A stretch of 64,000 nt of DNA from a virus (lineage: Duplodnaviria > Caudoviricetes). Positions within the stretch are counted from its first letter, which is position 1; each line of letters begins with the position of its first letter. Below are positions 1-7,371 of the stretch, piece after piece. Below the pieces are notes generated by a model. That model was not told the DNA's origin, searched no databases, and saw only the letters and a list, made by a program, of their open reading frames with translations. The position numbers and the translations under genes were made by a program. The stretch spans positions 32,001 through 96,000 of the IMG/VR virus record IMGVR_UViG_3300033121_000983; one strand, written 5' to 3'.

Positions 1-716
1 ACGGATTTCTCGTCCGCTTCGTCGATCGACTGCTTGCACGGGCTACCGGGGCTGACGACCGACAGCGTCTGTCCGCTGGCGCCGGTACACGACAGCAGCT
101 TGGTTTTATGAATGTCGCCGATCAACAGCATCGGCACGTGCGGCACCTGCGCGGCAGTCAGCTCACCGACGTACAAACCGCCGGTCAGCTCTTCGAGCGT
201 TTGATGCATCACCAGCACACTAGCTGCTGAGCTGACGCGCGTCAGCGCGGTCTGGAGTTCGTCCGCAGCTTGCCAGTCGAAGCCTTGGAAGTTGACGCCG
301 TTGATATTCGTAACGTCGTACGCAGGCAGGTGCTTGATTGTGGGCAGCGTAGGTAGCAGCACAGAGAGCCATGGCTTGTCGAGTCGGTCGTGGTCACCCT
401 GGACGTAATAGAAATCCACGTCGGAGCCCAGTTCCGCAAACAGCTCCTGCAGATCGGACGGCGTGCTGGTGTCGTGACGCTTCGCGTCCAGCACGTCGCC
501 CGCTGCAATGATTGGCACGTCATACTGGCGGGCCAGCGCGACGATCTGGCGAAACGCCCAGTAGGCATCGCCTTGAACGCGCCGACGATCCGCCCAGGCC
601 CGGGGCTGCAGATGCAGGTCAGCGGTCAGCAGCGCGACGGGCGTGCCGGCTGGTTGACGGTTGGCGTGTTTAGTAGCAGCAGTCTTCTTCGTCGTCGAAG
701 TCTTGGTCTTTGGCAT
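1..716 (-). CDS. SbcD/Mre11-like metallophosphoesterase nuclease (3' end runs off the window; not in ORF track)
   Basis: Manual translation from ATG 716 (MPKTKTSTT...) is open to position 1 and carries the calcineurin-like motifs ADLH, AGDVLD, QGDHD, VMHQ, GDIH and SPGSP. It overlaps the end of the upstream ORF. Confidence 0.85.
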   Translation of the reverse strand, partial: MPKTKTSTTKKTAATKHANRQPAGTPVALLTADLHLQPRAWADRRRVQGDAYWAFRQIVALARQYDVPIIAAGDVLDAKRHDTSTPSDLQELFAELGSDVDFYYVQGDHDRLDKPWLSVLLPTLPTIKHLPAYDVTNINGVNFQGFDWQAADELQTALTRVSSAASVLVMHQTLEELTGGLYVGELTAAQVPHVPMLLIGDIHKTKLLSCTGASGQTLSVVSPGSPCKQSIDEADEKS

Positions 717-1941
717 ACTGGCGGACTTTCTGTCGATAGGCTTTGTGGATCTGGTCGATTTTGCCGCGGGAGGTGTAGAGCTCGAATCCGTACCGAGTCC
801 CATGCGGCCACAGCGTGTAGGCGTCGAGTAATTGGCGCACCCGGGCCGTATCGGCGAGCAGTAGCGCGGCGGGGTAATTGAAGTTCCGGGCGAGTTGGGT
901 GGTCAGATGCTTCAGCGTCGGCGTCTGCGAGTAGGATTGGTTGCACACGTCGTAGCAGTCATCCGGGTACCCAAACTGGGGCATCGATTCATGACACACC
1001 AGCACAGCCCGCCGCTGCAGTAACCACGGCTTGTTGACCCGTACGGGCGGTTCGATGTAGTGCAGCTGCACCATTGCGATCACCTTGGCCCGCGAACTGG
1101 GTGTTTCACGATAGAGTTGTGCCTTACGTGACTGCAGATCCGCGAGCATCTCGAAGGGGTGGGTGTCGTAAGGGTACGACCACGTCTGGCGGACACAGAC
1201 GAGGCGACAGTCTTTACGCGGCACAAATTTCTTGCGAATTTCAATGCTGCCCGGCTGCGCCAGCACAGCGCGGAGACGAAAGAACGGTTCGACCACGTAG
1301 GCCTGCGTCCAGCAGAAAGGGCACATACGCCGCAGGCCACAGTGCGCAAAGCTTTGGGTGCGGACGCCCGTGACGGGATGTTCCAGATAAGGTGAGTAGG
1401 TTCCGCTTGGGGGGCAGTACAGTGCCTGAGCGTACTGCTCAACAGTCCGAAGCATCATGCAGCTGGCTTCGCGTAACTTACGCAGTCGCGCGACATACAG
1501 CTTCGCCAAGCAGCAGAGCCGTTCCCAGTGCACGTTATTGCGCAGCTGCAGCGGGTCACCAGGCTCCATCGAAGTGGCTGGCAGTGTCATCGCGAAGGCG
1601 ATATGTCGCAGCCGCTCGAGGCCAGCACAACGCGCTCGCATGCGATATTGGATGGGCGGACGAATCAGCTTACCGTGCTGATCAAAACCCCTGCGCTTAT
1701 CAGTGCCGATGACATCTGGATCGCAGTACGCTCGACACAGAAGCGGCGGGTGCTTTTTCAGTCGCACAGTGTCACGCTTGGCGATTTTACGAACAGGAAA
1801 GCGCGAAACCGTAATCGTTTGGCGTTCAGCCTGTCGCTCAGCCAACTGCCGGCGTAGATTTTTGCGCAGAAACACGTTGTCGTACTGCGACGCAATACCA
1901 GCAGACAAACGAGAGGCAGTGAATAACATTTGGATCTCCAC
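670..1941 (-). CDS. Basic hypothetical protein with a C-x4-CPxC-type Zn motif; possibly a degenerate HUH Rep-like protein
   Basis: 423-aa ORF. HCGLRRMCPFCW resembles the Zn-binding motif of pC194-type Rep and IS91 transposases. No intact HUH motif. Confidence 0.45.
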   Translation of the reverse strand: MEIQMLFTASRLSAGIASQYDNVFLRKNLRRQLAERQAERQTITVSRFPVRKIAKRDTVRLKKHPPLLCRAYCDPDVIGTDKRRGFDQHGKLIRPPIQYRMRARCAGLERLRHIAFAMTLPATSMEPGDPLQLRNNVHWERLCCLAKLYVARLRKLREASCMMLRTVEQYAQALYCPPSGTYSPYLEHPVTGVRTQSFAHCGLRRMCPFCWTQAYVVEPFFRLRAVLAQPGSIEIRKKFVPRKDCRLVCVRQTWSYPYDTHPFEMLADLQSRKAQLYRETPSSRAKVIAMVQLHYIEPPVRVNKPWLLQRRAVLVCHESMPQFGYPDDCYDVCNQSYSQTPTLKHLTTQLARNFNYPAALLLADTARVRQLLDAYTLWPHGTRYGFELYTSRGKIDQIHKAYRQKVRQYAKDQDFDDEEDCCY

Positions 1942-2012
1942 GTCAGACGGTTCTGGATTTGAAGAATGAATTTCAGTCTGCGGCGACGCAGTCGCCGCAG
2001 GGTTACGAAAAC

Positions 2013-2046
2013 AAGGCCGGACGCGACAAGCGTCCGGCCTTTTTTT
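2013..2046. terminator. Intrinsic terminator, probably bidirectional
   Basis: Stem AAGGCCGGACGC/GCGTCCGGCCTT followed by a T run on +; TGTTTT follows the stem on -. Confidence 0.7.
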
Positions 2047-2106
2047 CGTGCGTATTGATGTATAATTCCTTCCTGGTAAGGAAGGTCTAGTGCCAGAATT
2101 GCAAAA

Positions 2107-2130
2107 GTTTCCTTTAACGTTAAACGAAAC
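2107..2130. promoter_or_regulatory. ACGT-centred palindrome, site 1 (GTTTCCTTTAACGTTAAACGAAAC)
   Basis: 24-bp near-perfect palindrome; the same consensus recurs at six other sites. Confidence 0.65.
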
Positions 2131-2191
2131 GTGGTGCTGTTTCGCGACTGCTGGTCGCCGCGCACGTCTGCGTGCGCGTAGTTTTTGCGAC

Positions 2192-2788
2192 TTATTCTGG
2201 GTGGAATTTCGTGCAATTCTGGAGCGTAAGATTGCGCTGTTTTTTCGGTTTCAGAACCGTGTTGAGCGCGGTTTGCACTTCATTTTCGTCGTCAAGCGCC
2301 TTGCGCTGTGCGTTTGCCATCTCGTGACTGAGCTTGTTTAGTCGAATTTCGTCACGGCCCCACCAGTGCCAGCGCGTAAATATACCGAGGTGTTCTGCCG
2401 TGACGAACGGTGCCCACAGCACAGGCTGACCGCGACGCAGCGCTGGGTTGTTCCCGGCATCTGCGACGTGCTGGCAGTCCGTAATAATGTGCAGCCGTAA
2501 CGCCTGACTTGCGCCACCAGCTTTACGCCGGTGCTGTCGGCAGATATCCAGCAGCGGGTGCACGTAGGCCATCGTTTCCGCCACGATGTTAGAGCCGCCA
2601 AAATTCATGCGCCCGCCGTACCACTGGCGACGGTTGTGGCGATCAATCAGTACGCTGGCCCAGCCACATGCGCGTTCGCGGGTGGTGCCGCTGCCGTCGC
2701 CAATCAGCACGAAATCCCAGCGCACAATTTTCAGTTTGTCGAGCACGCGCTGCAGCGCGTTGTTACGGTAGTCTTTCTTTTCAGTCAC
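2192..2788 (-). CDS. RNase H-like (RNase HI fold) protein
   Basis: Motifs LIGDGSG..GWA, NIVAETMA, LHIITDCQHV and WHWW...LNKLSHEMA. Start moved to GTG 2788, which has AGGA upstream; the track start at 2833 lies inside a terminator hairpin. Confidence 0.75.
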   Translation of the reverse strand: MTEKKDYRNNALQRVLDKLKIVRWDFVLIGDGSGTTRERACGWASVLIDRHNRRQWYGGRMNFGGSNIVAETMAYVHPLLDICRQHRRKAGGASQALRLHIITDCQHVADAGNNPALRRGQPVLWAPFVTAEHLGIFTRWHWWGRDEIRLNKLSHEMANAQRKALDDENEVQTALNTVLKPKKQRNLTLQNCTKFHPE

Positions 2789-2807
2789 CTGGTGTCCTAG
2801 TAAAGCA

Positions 2808-2850
2808 AAACAGGCGTGGAGCAGCCTAGCCACTCCACGCCTGTTTGTTT
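2808..2850. terminator. Bidirectional intrinsic terminator
   Basis: 14-bp perfect stem AAACAGGCGTGGAG/CTCCACGCCTGTTT with T-rich tails on both strands. Confidence 0.7.
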
Positions 2851-2857
2851 GTCGTGC

Positions 2858-3280
2858 TTACGCCGGTTCGTCGTGCGGCGTGTCGTCCGTAATTACTGAC
2901 CCGTACGTCCGCGGCGTCCGCAGGTACGCGTGCAGCGTATCGTTAATCAGGTTGGCAACTCGGCTGATCGCCAGTCCGTAGACGGGCAACAGCAGCCAAG
3001 GCGTGAATTGACCGGCGTGGTTTACCAGTTCGATGTAGCTAACTGCCGCCAATCCCAGCGGCACGCTGAAGCACCACGGACACATCCGCACTTTGTGCCA
3101 CCACCACTGCAGCTCCGCACTTAAGCGGAATGGTGCTGCCGTCTCCACAGTCGAGTGAGCATCCAGCCATTGCGTGATGCTTTCGCGTTTACGTTCGAAC
3201 AGCTCGCTGTGGTGCCAGACTTCCACTGTCTGATTCACCGCCAGCGCGCAAATTGCCAGATCCGTCAAATCCCAGTGCAC
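2858..3280 (-). CDS. Small membrane protein with CPWC motif (DUF1360-like)
   Basis: Hydrophobic segments and MCPWCFSV. Confidence 0.55.
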   Translation of the reverse strand: MHWDLTDLAICALAVNQTVEVWHHSELFERKRESITQWLDAHSTVETAAPFRLSAELQWWWHKVRMCPWCFSVPLGLAAVSYIELVNHAGQFTPWLLLPVYGLAISRVANLINDTLHAYLRTPRTYGSVITDDTPHDEPA

Positions 3281-3287
3281 AGTTCAC

Positions 3288-3584
3288 CTAATCATGTGTC
3301 ATGAAGTCGAGTACGACCAGCGCGAGCAGCACGAGACCTGCTGACCAGGAGATGCAAGTAAGAATTGCCAGCATCGGGCCGAACAGTTCCAGTGCGCAGC
3401 GATTCAGCGTTCGCGTCAGCGCGTAGATCGCTGCCAGGCACGTAACAACGCGATTGCGCAGCACGTGCCCGCTAGTGCGCTGAGTCGGTATGTAGATACG
3501 ATTGCGGCTGTCGCGCAGCCGAGGCAGGCTGCATAGAAAATCAGCGTCGTGATCGTAGTCTTTGTGTGTTTCATCGTACGGCAT
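3288..3584 (-). CDS. Hypothetical membrane protein
   Basis: 98 aa with a hydrophobic C-terminus; packed tightly against the downstream gene. Confidence 0.45.
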   Translation of the reverse strand: MPYDETHKDYDHDADFLCSLPRLRDSRNRIYIPTQRTSGHVLRNRVVTCLAAIYALTRTLNRCALELFGPMLAILTCISWSAGLVLLALVVLDFMTHD

Positions 3585-3944
3585 AAGTACCTCGCAGCCG
3601 TCGGCTGCCTGTGGCTACCCGCGACTAACGTCGCGCCGCTTATCCGACGGCGCCGCCATACGGCCAGGCCCGCGTCACTCCTGTGAGTTGGTCTGGTTCT
3701 GGCGGCAGTTGATTGTTGATCTGAGGGTAAGGCCGCTGTGACGGAATTGAATGCACTCGCAACACGTTCGGTTGGATCACTGGCCAGACGCGTCGATGCG
3801 TCTGTATGATACTGTGCCGTTCGAGAAACGGGCGCGCTCCGTGACAACTAACGAAATCCGTGTTAGTCGCCACGTCCGGTCGCGCACAGCAGCTAGACAT
3901 TACGTAACCTCGTAGACACCGCGATCGCGCTGGAAACCGTCAAC

Positions 3945-6900
3945 ATGTTGTACATGCGAAAGCCGTCGCGCGCCGAACAGCGCCGACTCCACCAGCTTAC
4001 CGATCCTGGGCGTCGCCGAGAAGACGCGATTGCTGCAGCGCAGGCGCGACGCCAGCCTGCCGATATTGCGGCGCGTATCATCACGGAACACTTGAGCGCT
4101 GAACTGTCGTTAGAAACACAGGCACAGACAGCCATTGATCAGCTGCGCCACGCGCTTTCTGGTACACAGCGGACAGCGCCCGGTAGCCTTGTGAGCTTCT
4201 TGCCCGGTATCTTTCGGCTTAACGGGCAGCCCTATACACTTGACCGGCATTTTGTGTTTGAGCCGTTGTTCGAAACGCGGATGCCGTTGAGCATCACCGT
4301 TAAGAGCGGCCGCCAGGTCGGGAAATGTGTCCGCGTCTCCAGCGAACCAACAGTCTGGATGGCGGACGGTCGGCTCATCGGCACTGCCGATGTGCAGGCG
4401 GGCGACGCGCTACTCAGTTACGACGCGCACTTTCGGCCGGTTAAGGGCCGCGTGGTCAACATCTTCAATAGCGGCGTGAAACGCTGCTACCGCGTCACCA
4501 CGCGCTTGGGCGCCGAGCTGGAGATCACGAAACAGCACCGCATCCGGACGCTCTCTGGCTACAAGCGACTAGAGCAGCTACAGGTCGGCGATCGCATCTG
4601 TGCCGCCCGGCGTTCGGGTATTTTCGGCGCGCAGCGCGTGCCGGAAGCGCGCGTCGTGCTGACTGCATTACTGCTTGGAGATGGCAACTGCGGTACAGCG
4701 CGAACGTGTACGCTAACCAGTGAGACGGATGCCGTTATCACGGCAGCTCAGCAATGGCCTACGTTGGCGCCGGTCTGTATGGTTCGGCCGCGCGGCGGTG
4801 CAACGCGGGAAATTATCTTCTCGCGCGATGCGTGTTATCCGCTACGACAGTGGTTAAATGAGGATGGTCTGTGGGGTAAGTACTCCTATGAAAAGACAAT
4901 CCCAGCCTGGGTCTTCCGGTTGTCTCGCGTGCAGACGCGGCAGTTCATCTCATGGCTGTTCGCCACCGACGGCTCGCTCAAGGCGCCGCGTACGGTAGAG
5001 TATTACTCCACCAGCCGCACGCTAGCCCGACAGGTCCGCAGTCTGCTGGCGAAGTTCGGCATCCCTGCGAGTATCACGCCAAAGGCCGCTGGTTATCGCA
5101 CCGCAGACGGAACATACAAACGCTGCCGCGACACCTGGACTGTCCGCGTAGAGACGCGCAGCGGTCTGATGGCGTTCTTCGAGAACTTTGACGTGCCCGG
5201 TCGCCCGGCGTTTTCTTTGCGCGACGTCGTCGAAAACAATAATCGCGACACGCTCCCGCAGGCAGAAACTCAAGCGTTGATTGACCAGCTGGCCGTTGGG
5301 TTGCGCGGTAAGCACCGCACGTCATTTGCTACAAGCGGTCTGCGCCAGACGCTCAAGTACCCGCCACAGCGCGCGAAGGTGCGTGCATACTGCGGGCACT
5401 TCCGTAAACACGAAGCACCGACCCAGTTTATTGAGTCGCTAGAGACCGCGTGTTCTGAAGACGTCATCTGGGACGAGATTGTCAGCATCGTCGACATCGG
5501 CAAACACGAGACTGTCGACTTTGAAGTGGACGATGAACACAATTTCGTGCTCGACGGTATCGACGTTCACAACAGTCAGACGCAAGCCGCGCGTCTGATT
5601 GCCATGTGCGCGACGTTTGCAAACTTTCGCGTGCTTGTTGTCATGCCGCTGTTCGAATTGGTGCGTAAGTTCAGCTCCAATTACGTACGGCCGATGATCA
5701 CCACGTCGCCGTTGGCTTCACTGTGGCAGGATCCTACGAACGCAGGTAACGTCCTGCAGCGTAACTTCCGTCACAACGATTCTACGATTTTCTTCTCCTT
5801 CGCTTCGACGAGTGCGGATCGTACCCGCGGTGTGCCGGCAACTTGTCTGGCGATCGACGAGTTGCAGGATATCGACATTTCGTTCATCCCCATCATGCGC
5901 GAAACGATGTCGGGCTCTCCGTACCCGAACATCGAAATCAAGACTGGTACTCCCAAGACCTACGACAACACCATGCAGGTCGAATGGGAAGATACATCGG
6001 CCGCTGAATACATGGTGCGTTGCCGCGCGTGCAACAAGGAAAACTATCCGCGGGCTGACCTAGACCTCGAGGCCATGATGGGCCCCAGGATTGTCACGCG
6101 TCCGATTACTCCGCGCGAACCAGGAATTGTGTGCGCTAAGTGCGGCCGACCTATCAACCCACGCGCTGACGGACGTTGGATCCACACCAACCCCGAGCAA
6201 CGTGGACTGAACGACGGCCTGCATATTCCGCAGATCGTGGTTCCGCAGCACTACGAAAACGATACACGCTGGCGGTTGCTACAGGCGAAGCGTCGCGGCG
6301 AAATGAACACGCCGGCTTACGCGTTCTTTAACGAAGTTCTGGGTGAGAGCTACGACACCGGCTCGAAGCTGGTGACGATTGAGGATCTTCGTCGAATCGC
6401 CATCCTGCATGAAAACAAGTTGGCGACTGCGTTGACGCTCGACCCATCACGCTACATTCGCCGTGTGCTTGGAGTGGACTGGGGTGGCGGCGGTGAGGAC
6501 ATGATCAGCTATACCACCGTGGCTGTCGTCGGTATGCGCCCAGACGGCGTGCTGGAAGTTATTTACGGCTGGCGCTGTCCGAACATTCATGATCACAACT
6601 TGGAAGTGCGCACAATCCTGCGCCTGTTCTCGCTGTTCAAGTGCCACTTTATCGCACACGACTTCAACGGCATCGGTGACCTACAGGAAACGATGATGCA
6701 CAACGCAGGGTTCCCTGCAGAGCTCATTCATCCTGTGAGCTACATCGCACACGCAAACGGCGCAATGATGATCGAGGTCCCCGCTAACGAAGATACGCAC
6801 CAGCGCTGGCATTTCCGGCTCGTGAAATCGCGCAGCCTGACATTCCTGGCGCGCTTGATTCGTCAGCAGCGCGTGCTGACGTTCCAGTACGACTACAAGC

Positions 6901-7187
6901 ACCAAGGGGACCGCGGCTTGCTGCGCGACTTTACCACGCTGGTCCAGGACTTTCTGGATAGCCGCGCGGGACGCAATATCTACAACGTGCTGCACAATAA
7001 GAAGCTGGGGCCTGACGACTTTGCGCATGCCGTGAACTACGCGGCGTGTACGTTGTTTCATGATCGCGGCGTCTGGCCATCATTGCTGGAAACGACGTCA
7101 GAAGACGCGGAGTTCGAGATCGCTAACGTGCCATCATTGTCCAGCATCATGTCGAGCCCGTTCGACACGCGTGCTGAAATTTTCTAG
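3945..7187 (+). CDS. terL: Terminase large subunit (GpA-like) containing an intein
   Basis: Walker A SGRQVGK|S split by the intein; Walker B LAIDELQD; GTPKT coupling motif; CRAC/CAKC Zn finger; nuclease motifs GVDWGG and DDFAHAVNY. Confidence 0.92.
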   Translation: MLYMRKPSRAEQRRLHQLTDPGRRREDAIAAAQARRQPADIAARIITEHLSAELSLETQAQTAIDQLRHALSGTQRTAPGSLVSFLPGIFRLNGQPYTLDRHFVFEPLFETRMPLSITVKSGRQVGKCVRVSSEPTVWMADGRLIGTADVQAGDALLSYDAHFRPVKGRVVNIFNSGVKRCYRVTTRLGAELEITKQHRIRTLSGYKRLEQLQVGDRICAARRSGIFGAQRVPEARVVLTALLLGDGNCGTARTCTLTSETDAVITAAQQWPTLAPVCMVRPRGGATREIIFSRDACYPLRQWLNEDGLWGKYSYEKTIPAWVFRLSRVQTRQFISWLFATDGSLKAPRTVEYYSTSRTLARQVRSLLAKFGIPASITPKAAGYRTADGTYKRCRDTWTVRVETRSGLMAFFENFDVPGRPAFSLRDVVENNNRDTLPQAETQALIDQLAVGLRGKHRTSFATSGLRQTLKYPPQRAKVRAYCGHFRKHEAPTQFIESLETACSEDVIWDEIVSIVDIGKHETVDFEVDDEHNFVLDGIDVHNSQTQAARLIAMCATFANFRVLVVMPLFELVRKFSSNYVRPMITTSPLASLWQDPTNAGNVLQRNFRHNDSTIFFSFASTSADRTRGVPATCLAIDELQDIDISFIPIMRETMSGSPYPNIEIKTGTPKTYDNTMQVEWEDTSAAEYMVRCRACNKENYPRADLDLEAMMGPRIVTRPITPREPGIVCAKCGRPINPRADGRWIHTNPEQRGLNDGLHIPQIVVPQHYENDTRWRLLQAKRRGEMNTPAYAFFNEVLGESYDTGSKLVTIEDLRRIAILHENKLATALTLDPSRYIRRVLGVDWGGGGEDMISYTTVAVVGMRPDGVLEVIYGWRCPNIHDHNLEVRTILRLFSLFKCHFIAHDFNGIGDLQETMMHNAGFPAELIHPVSYIAHANGAMMIEVPANEDTHQRWHFRLVKSRSLTFLARLIRQQRVLTFQYDYKHQGDRGLLRDFTTLVQDFLDSRAGRNIYNVLHNKKLGPDDFAHAVNYAACTLFHDRGVWPSLLETTSEDAEFEIANVPSLSSIMSSPFDTRAEIF
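4326..5573 (+). mobile_element. Intein (416 aa) with LAGLIDADG homing endonuclease, inserted in the terminase Walker A
   Basis: Starts with Cys (CVRVSS), has block B ITKQHRI and LAGLIDADG blocks TALLLGDG and SWLFATDG, and ends DGIDVHN followed by Ser. Confidence 0.93.
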
Positions 7188-7207
7188 TTTTACTGGGCAC
7201 GTTGCTT

Positions 7208-7325
7208 GTCGGTACTGTGCGGACCGTTTATGATATGCGCAACGCCGGACACCTTATTCAGGTGCTCACGTCGTCGCCGTTCTGGGTCTCGCCAACCCTA
7301 CCCCGTCCGCAGTCACTGTGCCGAC
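7208..7325. ncRNA. Candidate structured RNA element between convergent genes
   Basis: Closing stems GTCGGTAC/GTGCCGAC and TGCGGAC/GTCCGCA enclose further hairpins. Confidence 0.3.
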
Positions 7326-7336
7326 TGTGTACAAAG

Positions 7337-7371
7337 AAGCCTGCACCTCTCACTGTGTGCAGGCTTTTTTT
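7337..7371. terminator. Bidirectional intrinsic terminator
   Basis: Stem AAGCCTGCAC/GTGCAGGCTT, a T run on + and TTCTTT on -; lies between convergent genes. Confidence 0.8.

Noticed and set aside
242-568. ORF-track 108-aa minus ORF (and 390-881 on +)
   Set aside because: Shadow frames. The real gene is the SbcD-like frame 716 to 1, which has all the phosphoesterase motifs.
2107-2130. The palindrome as canonical parS or dif
   Set aside because: It shares the ACGT centre but not the TGTTTCAC half-site or the XerC/D arms, so it is kept only as an analogy.
3640-3900. 86-aa minus ORF upstream of the terminase
   Set aside because: No motif or clear RBS; it may be real but cannot be supported.
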